From: Acidobacteriota bacterium | GTDB taxonomy: Bacteria; Acidobacteriota; UBA6911; RPQK01; JAJDTT01 | DNA length: 64,000 nt | Direction of reading: 5' to 3' | Assembly (NCBI GenBank): GCA_965217775.1 | Contig: CBDCJH010000002.1 | Coordinates: 6,225,850 to 6,289,849 of the forward strand | In this document: one piece after another, positions 40,319-50,400 of the stretch | Layout: each line of letters begins with the position of its first letter | Numbering within the stretch: position 1 is the first letter of the stretch | Notes under the pieces: generated by a model | Told to the model about the DNA's origin: nothing | Seen by the model: only the letters and a program-made list of their open reading frames with translations | Database searches by the model: none | Translations under genes and position numbers: made by a program

Positions 40319-41242
40319 TCAGAGAACCCCCAACCCTTGGAGATGATCCCGTAGGACCTCCATTTCCCGGCCGGTCAGGGAGTAGTGGGGCTTGCGTCTC
40401 CACCGTCCGGCGATGCCGTAGATCTCCAGCATGGCGTGCAGACCCGCGTCGAACCCTCCCTGAAGCTTCGCCAGAAAGTCGAACAGCGGCATGTCGTAGG
40501 TCTTGATCACCTCTCTGGCCCGAGCCAGGTTCCCATCCTGTATGGCGGACCAGTATTGGCGGGCGACGCGGGGGTGGAAGCCGACATAGGTCGACATGTA
40601 TCCGTCGCAACCGTAAGGATGCAGCTCCAGGTGGTTCTGCTTCATGCCGCCGGAGAAGACCGCCCACCGCTCGTGCACCAACAGGCACATGCGCCGTGCA
40701 AACTGGCCGCGGACGTCATCCTTGACGGCCACGATCCCCTCGACCTGCTCCACCAGGACCTTCAGAGTTTCCAGCGCGAAGTCGATCCCCCGGGCGGCAT
40801 AGAGATTCGTCACCACCATCACCGGGACCTCCCGGGCCACGGCGCCATAGTGTTCCACCAGGGTCCGGGAGGTGCAGGAAGCGGCCCAGTCGGGTGGGAG
40901 CACCATCAGGACGTCGGCGCCCACCTCGCGGACGTACCGGGCGAAGTCCACGGCACGGCTCGTGGAATGGTAGCGGTCCGCGGCCACCACCAGGGCGCGT
41001 CCGGCGGTCTGCTCGACGGTGACGCGGGTGACCTGGGCAATTTCGGAATCGCTCAGGATAAGGAAATGGCTGTCCCCTGCGGTGAGGAGGACGGTGCCGG
41101 CCCCGTTTTCGATGTTACGCTCGACGTGGTTTCTGAGACCCTCGTAATCTACGCTGCCGTCCTTCGTGAAGGGAGTCCGAATCGATCCGAACGGGCCCGT
41201 CAGCGCCGACCGGATCTCCTTTCGAGTCAGATTTCGCTTCAT
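40319..41242 (-). CDS. DapA/NAL-family class I aldolase-like protein
   Basis: TPFTKDGSVDY, GADVLMVLPP, Schiff-base Lys in VAVKDD. Confidence 0.82.
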   Translation of the reverse strand: MKRNLTRKEIRSALTGPFGSIRTPFTKDGSVDYEGLRNHVERNIENGAGTVLLTAGDSHFLILSDSEIAQVTRVTVEQTAGRALVVAADRYHSTSRAVDFARYVREVGADVLMVLPPDWAASCTSRTLVEHYGAVAREVPVMVVTNLYAARGIDFALETLKVLVEQVEGIVAVKDDVRGQFARRMCLLVHERWAVFSGGMKQNHLELHPYGCDGYMSTYVGFHPRVARQYWSAIQDGNLARAREVIKTYDMPLFDFLAKLQGGFDAGLHAMLEIYGIAGRWRRKPHYSLTGREMEVLRDHLQGLGVL

Positions 41243-41270
41243 GATGCAGGTCTCCGGATTCGAAGCCGGG

Positions 41271-42260
41271 TCAATACCCGGCCCTCTTGTCGACCAACCC
41301 TTCCAACGGCTGACCTCGCCGAAATCGTCTCAGATTCCGAAAGAACAGGTCCAGGACAACGTCCTCCTGCTCCCTGGAAGTGCCCCGGCAAGGAGTCACC
41401 ACCACCTGGGGATATTTCCAGAATCTGGAATTCGCCGCCGGCATCCGGACGCCCGGGTGTCGACCCGACGGCTGCACGCAGACACCGGCGATCCATCCCT
41501 CCGCCAGCGCCCGCTCCAGAGCCGCGTAATCGAACAGGGGCGGCCGGCCGGACGAGTCGATGAGATAGGCCGAAGGCTTCATGGACCGGAGCTGAGACCG
41601 CCCCATGAAGCCACGCGTCTCCGTCGTCAGGGGCACCGCCAGTACCACGAAGTCGGCCGCCGTGAGAAGTTCCGGCAGCCGGTCCGCGGAGAAGAGTCCG
41701 TCAACCGAGTCGACCCGGCGGCGAGGGCGCCGCGCTGTTCCGAGGACCCGCATCCCCAGGGAACTGCAGACCCGGGCGATGGCCCGGCCCATGTACCCGA
41801 GGCCGATGATTCCCACCGTCTTTCCAGCCAGATCGAACGGTTGAAGCTCCCCGTCCCGTCCCGGGTCCCACTGAGTCATGGGTGGTCGGCGCAGATGATG
41901 GATCCGGCGGGAGAAGAGCAACATGGCGGCGAGGGCGTGCTCCGCGCCGGCGGTCCCGAAGCAGGGCTTGGAGCAGGTCAGGGGAATCGGACTCTCCACC
42001 AGTTCGGCAAACAGGTAGTGGCCGGCTCCGCCGACCATGGCATGGATCCAGCCAAGATGCCTTCCCCGGGCCAGAATCTCCGGGTCGAGGGCTCCCACCT
42101 GCATGACCTGGGCGTCCGCGACCTCCTTCAGAATGGTCTTGCGGTCGGCCGAGACGACGATTTCGATCCCGTCGCATTCTTCGACCGCGGCCCGCTCCAG
42201 GATTCGGTCGCGCCATGTCTCCCAGGTGACCAGGATCTTGTCGACTCTCGGCAGTGGCAA
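41271..42260 (-). CDS. D-2-hydroxyacid dehydrogenase family protein (atypical active site)
   Basis: AEHA, GIIGLGYMG, DFVVLAVPLT, C-terminal VDKRAGY; TPC in place of TPH. Confidence 0.82.
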   Translation of the reverse strand: MPLPRVDKILVTWETWRDRILERAAVEECDGIEIVVSADRKTILKEVADAQVMQVGALDPEILARGRHLGWIHAMVGGAGHYLFAELVESPIPLTCSKPCFGTAGAEHALAAMLLFSRRIHHLRRPPMTQWDPGRDGELQPFDLAGKTVGIIGLGYMGRAIARVCSSLGMRVLGTARRPRRRVDSVDGLFSADRLPELLTAADFVVLAVPLTTETRGFMGRSQLRSMKPSAYLIDSSGRPPLFDYAALERALAEGWIAGVCVQPSGRHPGVRMPAANSRFWKYPQVVVTPCRGTSREQEDVVLDLFFRNLRRFRRGQPLEGLVDKRAGY

Positions 42261-42270
42261 ATGACGATTC

Positions 42271-43419
42271 CTACGGCTCCTGGATGGCCTCCGGAACCAA
42301 ATCTCCCAATCCGAGTCCGGGGGAAGTGGGCAGTTCCAGATAACCTCCGCTCTGTTCCAGGGGATGTTCGAACAGCCCCCGGTGAGCCGTCTCCAGGCGC
42401 AGGAGGTCGTCAGGCAGGGACCGGAAACCGGCGAAGGCCGGGTACTCGATCAGGATGCCGTTTCCCACCGTGGCCAGAACGTTCAGGTGGGCGGCGACGG
42501 CAATTCCGGTCCAGGGACAATGGGGGATGCAAAGGAGGCCTTCTTCCTCCGATTGCCGAGCCACTTGAACCATCTGCGTGATGCCCATCTGTTGGGCGTC
42601 CGGCTGGATGACGTCCACCGCCCGCCGCTTGAGGAAGGGCTGGAAATCAGTGGAGGTGGTCAAGCTTTCGCCGGTGGCGATCTTGATCCGGGAAGCCCGG
42701 GTCAGGGCGGCGAAGCCGTCGACGTCGAAGGGGTGGAGGGGTTCCTCCAGGAAGAAGACGTCGAATTCCTCCAGCAGGCGGGCGACCCGCACGGCGTCCT
42801 TGGCGGTCCAACTCCGGTCCAGGTAGGCGGGGCAGCCGAAGTCGATCATCAGTCGGGTCTCGGGACCGATGGCCTCGCGGATCAGGACCAGGCCCTCCAG
42901 ATCCTCAGGTCTGAAATAGTTGCCCCAGCCGAACTTCACCGCCTGGAACCCCTCCTCCATGTAAGCCCGGCATTCTCGAACCAGTTCTTCCGGAGACTTG
43001 TGCCGGGGCCGGCCGGCACGCAGCGCCGGCAGATCGAAGGCGGTGGCGCTGGCGTAGACCATGATGCGGGACTGGACCGCACCGCCCAACAGCTTGTAGA
43101 TGGGCAACCCTCGAGCCTTGCCCGTCAGGTCCCAGAGAGCCAGATCGATGGCGCTCATGGCATTGACGGCCAAGCCCCCTTCGCCACCCCGGCCCCGCTG
43201 CGCCTGCCAGGTCTCGAACATCTTGCGCCAGAGCCGGTTCGTATCGGTGGGGTCCTCACCCAGCAGCAGGTCGCCAAGGGACCCGGGGCCCTCCTCCACC
43301 AGCGCCCGCACCGCCGGTGCATGCGCGGAAGTGGCGCCGATCCCGGAATATCCCTCGTCTGTCGTGATGCGAACCAGGCAGGGATTGTCCCCCAGCACCT
43401 GGCACCCGGTGATCCTCAT
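42271..43419 (-). CDS. Mandelate racemase/muconate lactonizing enzyme family protein
   Basis: SAIDLALWDLTGK...PIYKLLGG; metal ligands D, EEP, GES; QPD; PH. Confidence 0.88.
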   Translation of the reverse strand: MRITGCQVLGDNPCLVRITTDEGYSGIGATSAHAPAVRALVEEGPGSLGDLLLGEDPTDTNRLWRKMFETWQAQRGRGGEGGLAVNAMSAIDLALWDLTGKARGLPIYKLLGGAVQSRIMVYASATAFDLPALRAGRPRHKSPEELVRECRAYMEEGFQAVKFGWGNYFRPEDLEGLVLIREAIGPETRLMIDFGCPAYLDRSWTAKDAVRVARLLEEFDVFFLEEPLHPFDVDGFAALTRASRIKIATGESLTTSTDFQPFLKRRAVDVIQPDAQQMGITQMVQVARQSEEEGLLCIPHCPWTGIAVAAHLNVLATVGNGILIEYPAFAGFRSLPDDLLRLETAHRGLFEHPLEQSGGYLELPTSPGLGLGDLVPEAIQEP

Positions 43420-43437
43420 GGCGGAATTATAAACAGC

Positions 43438-44988
43438 TCAAGATGCGGGGTCGGATCGTCGGGCTTGAGACGCGAAGTCCCTGGCTCCGACCCACGGGGC
43501 GCCGACGCGCCGGAAGAACGCCACACGGCGGCGAATCTCCTCTGAAGAGGGCCGGTCCAGGTGGCTGATCAGAAGCCCCAGAAGGCAGATGCCCGGCATC
43601 AGGTAGACGTAGATCCAGCGGGCCCAGACCGGATAGGGAACGACTGGGTCGGCCAGCACGTTGGCGTAGATGGCGACCGCCAGACCCAGGATCCAACCCA
43701 GCACCAGACAGACGGTCGCGGCTCGCCGACTCGCTTTCCACCAGAGAAACCCGAAGACGCAGGGGAAGAACATGGCCGCAAAGAGGGTATTCCCGAAGAG
43801 GTTGATGACGACCAGCAACTTGCCCAGCAGCGTCGTGCAGAGCAGGAGGGTGATGAGGCCCATGACCAACGTGATTCTTCGGCCCACCCTCAACTGGTCC
43901 GCGTCCGTGGCCTCAGGCCTGATCCACCCTTTGTAGAAGTCCCGGACGATCATGGCCGAGGTGGTGTTCCAGATGCTGGACATGGTGGTCTGGCAGACGG
44001 CGAAGAGCATGGCCAGCATCAGCCCGCGGACGCCGGGTCCCAGAAACAGGTTCATGGCCCCACCTACGGCCTGGTCCGGATCCTGCAGGCCGGGATGGTG
44101 CCCGTGATAGATGAGCGTGGCGATCTGACTGCAGGCATAGAGGAGGGTGGTGGCCAGGGCGGCGATTCCCACGGCGGCGAAGGCGGTCTTCTCGTTGCGG
44201 GCCGCGAACATCCGCTGCCCGTACCAGGGGGCCAGGGGATAGCAAAGGAGGATGACCACGTTCAGCGTGACGATGAAATGGAGGGGTAGAACCGGGTCGG
44301 GATCCACAGTTTGGTAGGAGTGGAGCAGGGGTTCCGGCGAGGCATACTGGAGGGCGCTGATGGCCAGGAGTGGCAGTACCACTACGGTGACCACCAATGA
44401 TGCCGTGTCGGTGAAGGCCACAGAGATGAGTCCGCCGGCCCAGGTGAAGATGAGGACGGTCGTGCTGATCACCAGGGCCGTCCAGACCAGGGTACGGTCC
44501 GCCGTGATCCAGCCCGGGACCAGCGCTCCCGAGGGCGGGAGGCCCAGCGCCGAGGAGAAGGTCTTGCTGGTGGCGATGAGGTACCCCGAAGAGAAGAGGG
44601 TCAAGATCAACGTCGTGCACAGACTGACGGCTCGACGCAATCCCAAGGAGTATCTGGCCTCGAACATCTCGGCGATGCTCACCGCCTGGAGCCGCTGCCA
44701 GCGGCGCGCCACCAGCAGGCCGTAGCTGCCGAGTCCGACGATGAAGATCAGGCAGAGCCAGGCGGCGCGGGGTCCGGCCGTGTAGCTGATGCTCCCGAAC
44801 CAGATCATGGTGGAGGGATTGAACTCGGTCATCACCAGCGTGCCCACCAGGGCGAACAGGCCCAGTTGCCTGCCGGCGACGGTGTAGTCCAATGAGGTGC
44901 GGACGCGGCGCGCCACCCAGAGTCCGTAGCCAAGGGCGCCGAGGGCGTAGAGCGCCACGATGCCCAGGTCGATCCAGTTCCCGCTCAT
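43438..44988 (-). CDS. Sodium:solute symporter (SSS) family transporter
   Basis: DYTVAGRQLG, FEARY, QRMFAAR, about 13 TM segments. Confidence 0.85.
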   Translation of the reverse strand: MSGNWIDLGIVALYALGALGYGLWVARRVRTSLDYTVAGRQLGLFALVGTLVMTEFNPSTMIWFGSISYTAGPRAAWLCLIFIVGLGSYGLLVARRWQRLQAVSIAEMFEARYSLGLRRAVSLCTTLILTLFSSGYLIATSKTFSSALGLPPSGALVPGWITADRTLVWTALVISTTVLIFTWAGGLISVAFTDTASLVVTVVVLPLLAISALQYASPEPLLHSYQTVDPDPVLPLHFIVTLNVVILLCYPLAPWYGQRMFAARNEKTAFAAVGIAALATTLLYACSQIATLIYHGHHPGLQDPDQAVGGAMNLFLGPGVRGLMLAMLFAVCQTTMSSIWNTTSAMIVRDFYKGWIRPEATDADQLRVGRRITLVMGLITLLLCTTLLGKLLVVINLFGNTLFAAMFFPCVFGFLWWKASRRAATVCLVLGWILGLAVAIYANVLADPVVPYPVWARWIYVYLMPGICLLGLLISHLDRPSSEEIRRRVAFFRRVGAPWVGARDFASQARRSDPAS

Positions 44989-44994
44989 GGCGGG

Positions 44995-46014
44995 CTAGTC
45001 TTCCCGGGCCCAATCGAACACGGCGGCGATGAGATCCTTGGAGTGCTCCAGCGCCAGCTCGTACGCTTCCTTCATGCGCTCGGGCGGGAAGCGGTGGGTG
45101 ATCAGGGAATCGAATCGCATGTCCCTGGTGGCCAGGAGGCTCATGATGTACTGGAGGTTCCTGCGAATGTTGAACCGCAGGTCCGAGGCCGGAGCATCGG
45201 TGCCGGGAGCATAGCCGGCACCCAGAAGCGTGAGCTGCTTGGCATAGAACCAGTCGGGGTCCAAGGGATTGAAATCGGGCGGTTCCTGGAACCTTCCGGG
45301 AAAGCCCAGGATACTGATCCGTCCTCCGGTGCGGGCGATGTCCACCGAGAGCCGGTACGCGGGCCAGGGATTCGCGGTGAGAACGACCAGATCCGTCCCC
45401 TCTTCACCGAAGGTCTGAGCGAGGCAGTCGGCGAGACCGGGATCCCGGTACTCGACGGCGGCATGAGCACCCATCTTCAGGGCCGCCTCCGACCGCTTGG
45501 GGGAGTTGGAGATGGCGACGACCTTGGCGCCCATGGCCCGGGCCAGTCCCGCGGTGCACAGTCCGATCACCCCCAGACCGACAATGGCCACGTTCTCTCC
45601 CGTCTCGTACCGAGCCTGACGCAGTCCGGCCAAGCCCAGATGGGTGAGATAGGCCAGCGACGCCTCATCGGAGGGGACCCCGTCCGGAATCGGAGTCAGC
45701 ACCTCGTCGTCGCTGGCGATGAAGGCGGATTGGTGGTAGTGGCGCGAGAAGATCCTCTGGCCCGGACTGAATTGGGTGACCGCCGAGCCCACTTTGCGAA
45801 CGACTCCCACGTTGGAGTATCCCACCTGGCGCGGGTAGTCGGGCGCGTCGGGAACATAAGTGGAGTCGCCCAGGTAGTTGCCCAGATCGGTTCCCGTGGA
45901 AAGGGCCGAAACCAGGGTCTCCACGTAGAGCTGGTTCGGTCCCGGAGCATCGACGTCGAGGTCCCGTTCCTCCACTCGAAGGTCCCTGGCGCCGTACAGT
46001 ATGGCCGCTTTCAT
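44995..46014 (-). CDS. MDR superfamily dehydrogenase lacking catalytic Zn ligands
   Basis: STGTD / GYSNVG in place of CxSD / GHE; GLGVIG Rossmann motif; LITHRF. Confidence 0.82.
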   Translation of the reverse strand: MKAAILYGARDLRVEERDLDVDAPGPNQLYVETLVSALSTGTDLGNYLGDSTYVPDAPDYPRQVGYSNVGVVRKVGSAVTQFSPGQRIFSRHYHQSAFIASDDEVLTPIPDGVPSDEASLAYLTHLGLAGLRQARYETGENVAIVGLGVIGLCTAGLARAMGAKVVAISNSPKRSEAALKMGAHAAVEYRDPGLADCLAQTFGEEGTDLVVLTANPWPAYRLSVDIARTGGRISILGFPGRFQEPPDFNPLDPDWFYAKQLTLLGAGYAPGTDAPASDLRFNIRRNLQYIMSLLATRDMRFDSLITHRFPPERMKEAYELALEHSKDLIAAVFDWARED

Positions 46015-46238
46015 GATGCTGTCTCCCTGTCGTATCGACTTGATCAGTGACGGCACCGTCACGGACCACTCACAAGAGTCCTGAATTCAACAAGGGCGCA
46101 GGATATAGCAACCGGTTGGGTGGGACAACCAACCGAGCCGGGCGAGCGGGACCGTTTCACGAGGTCCGAAAGCGGTCCTCATCAGGTCGGCTGCGATTCG
46201 GACACAGCGAATGTTGCGACCGGATCCCGGTCCTGACT

Positions 46239-46450
46239 TCACTCGTTCAGGTAGTAGCCGGACCCGATCAGGATCGGCAGCCCGTGGCTGACCACGCGCT
46301 TGACGAAGACCACCTTCCGCTGCTGCAATCCGGTCGCGGGAATGCGCGTTTGGTAGTAAAGGAAGGATTCACCGAAGGCATCGGCCACACTCAATAAGTC
46401 CCGGTCGGGAATCGAGGCCAACAAGGAAACAGGTCCACCACCGGATAGCC
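46239..46450 (-). pseudogene. C-terminal remnant of a Cache-domain protein
   Basis: GESFLYY..PATG..QRKVVFVKRV...IGSGYY resembles a single-Cache C-terminus; frame closed by a TGA just upstream; no N-terminal part present. Confidence 0.5.
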
Positions 46451-46598
46451 ATCAGAGTCACAAATCAGACCCAACGCGGATTCGGGTCGCCCGCCGGTGG
46501 AATCGGGCGTCCAGAAATCGTCGATTCACAGTGTATTGACCCCGTCGAGACGAAAAACTATACACTTACCGCTGACGACTGCCCAATACACGCTGGCC

Positions 46599-47387
46599 AT
46601 GACCATTCGCATTTTGCAACTGAGCGATCCCCATCTGCTCTCCGACCCGGATGGGCGGCTTCGGGACGTCCCCACCTATCGATCCTTTCGCCAAGTCCTT
46701 CGCCAATTGGATCGAGAGGCCCTCGACTTCGACTGGATGATCCTGACCGGGGATCTGGCCCACGATGAACAACGGGCAACCTACCGGCTGTTGAGACGGA
46801 CGTTGGAGGAGAGAGCCTGGCCCTTGCGGATAATCCCGGGAAACCATGACAGCCGGCTGTTCATGCGGGAGGTCTTCCCCGAATTGTCCGGGCCCGAACG
46901 GGACTTCTTCGGCTTCTCATGGGAGGTTGCGGGCTGGAAGCTGGTGGGGCTGGATTCGCGGCTGCCCGGATCCGTCTCCGGGCGGGTCGGCCGCCGCCAG
47001 TTGGACTGGTTGAGGCGGGAACTGGAGGCGGCTCCTGGAGCGCCCACGATCCTTTTCATCCATCACCCTCCGGTTCCCGTGGGGTGTCCCTGGATGGATC
47101 GGATCGGCCTGGAGGATGCCGAGCATCTCTGCCCGGTCGTGGCCGCCGCGCCCCAAGTGCAACTGGTCTGCTGTGGGCATGTCCACCATGAGTTCCGAGG
47201 CCGGCTGGGGAATGCGGCGGTCCTGGCCGGTCCCTCCACCGCCTTCCAGTTTCTTCCCGAGGGGGTGAGCCCGGTCTTCGATCCCATTCCGCCCGGGGCA
47301 CGGATCCTGGAACTGGACGGGTCCCAATGGAGGACCCGTGTCGTCCGCCTTCCGGAATTGACTTGGGTGCCCGATCCCGACTCCTGA
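46599..47387 (+). CDS. CpdA/Icc-type metallophosphoesterase
   Basis: SDPH, TGDL, GNHD, HHPP, GHVH. Confidence 0.85.
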   Translation: MTIRILQLSDPHLLSDPDGRLRDVPTYRSFRQVLRQLDREALDFDWMILTGDLAHDEQRATYRLLRRTLEERAWPLRIIPGNHDSRLFMREVFPELSGPERDFFGFSWEVAGWKLVGLDSRLPGSVSGRVGRRQLDWLRRELEAAPGAPTILFIHHPPVPVGCPWMDRIGLEDAEHLCPVVAAAPQVQLVCCGHVHHEFRGRLGNAAVLAGPSTAFQFLPEGVSPVFDPIPPGARILELDGSQWRTRVVRLPELTWVPDPDS

Positions 47388-47411
47388 GCAGAGCCGCATG
47401 CCGGCTTCCGG

Positions 47412-50400
47412 TCAGAATCCCGATCCACGTTCCAGAAACAGGAACAGGTTGACCAGGTCCTGCAGGGTCATGGTCTCCAGCACGTCTTCCGGCATGATGG
47501 AGATCTCGGAAGTCCGCCGATCGGTGATGAGGTCTTGGGGAATCTCGATTCTCTCGCCGGAGGCATCGATGAGGGTCAACGTCTCGTCGTTTTCGTCCGC
47601 CAGCATTCCGGTCAGCGGCTCCGGCCCCTTCGCCTCGACGATGAGCGCCGTGTACTGGTCGGAGATGACCTTGGAGGGGAACATGATGGCCTCCAGGATC
47701 TCGGACCGGCGAAAGCGCTTGACCGCCGTCGACAGATCGGGTCCCCCGCCCCGTCCCTCGCTGCCGAACACATGGCAGTTGGAACACTTGGCCCGGTGGA
47801 AGACGGCCCGCCCCCGGTCCGCGCTCCCCCTCTCGTAGGCCCCGGGATCGAACTCCAGGTACAGGCTCAATTCCTCGAAACTCATCTGCGTCAGCCGCGA
47901 CCTCTCAGGCGGAGGCTCTCCGCTGATGAGTTCCAGGAGCCGTTCCGCCCGCTTCCGCGCCTGCTCTTCCTCCCGCGCTTCGGCCTGAGCCCGCTCGTCC
48001 GGCGGAAGCAGGTCCAGAACGTCTTCCCAAAGCCGGGTGATGTAGCCGTGCATGCTGGCCGCTCCCGGCATCTGCCATCCCCGGTCGAACCACTCGACCA
48101 CGGCGTTCCTCTGATCCCGGCTCCAACCCTGCTTGATGGATCGGAGCGCGTAGACCGTATGGATCTGGTCCGGCTGAGACTTCTCCGGCTTCAATTCCCG
48201 GAGCAGAGCCTCGATGGCGCCCGGCGCCTGCAGGAATCCCAGGAGCGTTTCCAACTCCCGGTTCACGAGAGAACTGTCCGTGGGATAGAGATCAAGCAGC
48301 CGGGAGCCGAGCCGGGAGCCGAATTTTTCGCGTCCCGGCGTCTCGGGCGACGGGTCGCGGAGGAAGGCCAACTGGCAGATTCTCAGGTAGCTCAGTCGAA
48401 TCTCCTCGGTCATGGGTTGGTGTCCGTACTCCAGGATCTTCTCCAGGACGGCGTTCCAGTCCGGACCCGGGTTCTTTACCCGGATCAAGGCTAGAAGGCC
48501 CTCCAGGGCGGCGCGGGGCCGATCCCGTACAGTGTCTCGCAGGACCAACGAGGTCCAAAGTGGCGCGTCCATCCGCTCCAGCGCCAGCCGTGCGGCGTGG
48601 CGGACGAACCGGTCGGCATGATCCATGAGTCGATACAGGCTCCGAGCCAGAGCCTCCGGGTTCGTCAGGGGCGAATCGGAACTCAGTCCGGCCCGGAGCA
48701 GCGATTCCGCGGCCCGTCTCGCCACCAGGGCATCGGAGTCGGCCAGCCGCTCATGCAGGCTCGAAGAGACCATCTTCAACGGGTGAGTCCCCAGCAGCAG
48801 GACGGCGGCCGCGCGAACCTTCGGATCCTCATCTTTGGAAAGCTGGTCCAGCAACTTCGGGCCGGGCGCCGGTCCCAGGGTCTGAAGCAACTCCAGGGCG
48901 CGGACCCGCTGCTGGGACGGGGACGCCCGGTCTCGGGAAATCCGGACCAGATCCGGTTCCCAACGGGCCCCCAATTCGGACTTGACACGGGTCAGCGCCA
49001 ACTGTCCCCAGGCGGAGCGATGCATGGGCTGGGTCAGGGCTTGGCGGACGCCGGAGCCGGATCCCACGGAGGACTCGGTCGTTGCGCCGGCGTAGCGGAC
49101 CCGGTAGAGACCGCCGCTGGTGGAGCGTCCCCCCGTGGAGAAATAGAGGAACCCGTCGGGACCCACGTCCAGGTCGGTCACGTTCAACGGTTCCCCCGAG
49201 ACGAAGTCGTCGCCGGAGGCGACGTAGCTGGCCCCGGTCTGCTCCGGGAAGCTGACCCGGATGCGCCCCCGGGACCAGTCCCCCAGAAAGAGGGCGCCGT
49301 GAAATTTCCGGGGGTAGGTCCGGTGCTGGTAGAAGGCGATCCCCACCGGCGAGCCGCGTCCCAGGCTCTCGACGGCGGGGAGCGAATCGGGGTAGTAGCC
49401 GGGGAACTTGCCGGACCCCGTTCGCCACCCGTAGTCTCCTCCCGGGACCGCGTGAATGACCCGGATGGGCCGGTACCAGGGCAGTCCGAAGTCCCACTCC
49501 ATGTCCGAATCGAAGGTGAAGAGTTCTCCCTGTGGGTCCAGGGCGAAGTCGAAGGCGTTCCGGAACCCGGCGCTGAATTGGGTCCACCGGTTGCTGGACA
49601 GATCCAGCCGGTGAATGGTGCCCGCGGGCACCCGGATCGAGTTGGCGTGTCCGCGTGGATCCAGGTAACGCTCCAGCAGGTGGTCTTCCTGGAGTCCCCG
49701 GGAGGGAGAGCCGGGGTCGACGGTCACGTCGGGGTAGGCATGGTTGCCGTAGAGCAGGTACAGGTCGCCGTCCATTCCGGTCAGGATGGCGTGCGGTCCA
49801 TGCTCCCCGATCCGACCCCGGCTGGCGGCGATCAGGGTGGTGGAGTCGGCCTGGTCGTCGCCATCCTCGTCGACCAAGCGGTAGAGGCCGGGGCCTTCGG
49901 GGCCGTTGGCTTGAACCAGCAGGTCTCCGGCGCCCAGGTAGTGCATCCCGTGCGCTCGCTGGACCCGGTTCGAGAAGTCCCGGACCCCTTCGAACCGGCC
50001 GTCGCCGTCCTCATCCAGCAGGATGTGGATGCCGCCGTGTTCACGGCCCACGACTGGCCTGCCCCGGTGGTCGAAGGTCATGTTGACCAGGGAGCCGAGC
50101 AGCTCGTCGGTGGCCGCCTGCTCCACCTGGAAGCCGGGAGCCGCCTGAAATCGCTCCTTGCCGCGCCGGGTCCGGGCGGCCGTCCTGGCGGACTTGATCG
50201 CGACGTCCTTGAACAGGACCCGCATGGGCGGACCGGTGTGGAGTTGGAGGGCGATGATCCCCGATCTCGACCCCTCGGGATCGGTCAGGTCGCAGACCAG
50301 GTGGCCGTTGAGTATGAGGCGGACCCGGCGCCCCTCGCAGATGATTTCGTACCGGTTCCATCCCGTCAGATCGGCGCGCGAGTTGATGACCGCCTTTTCT

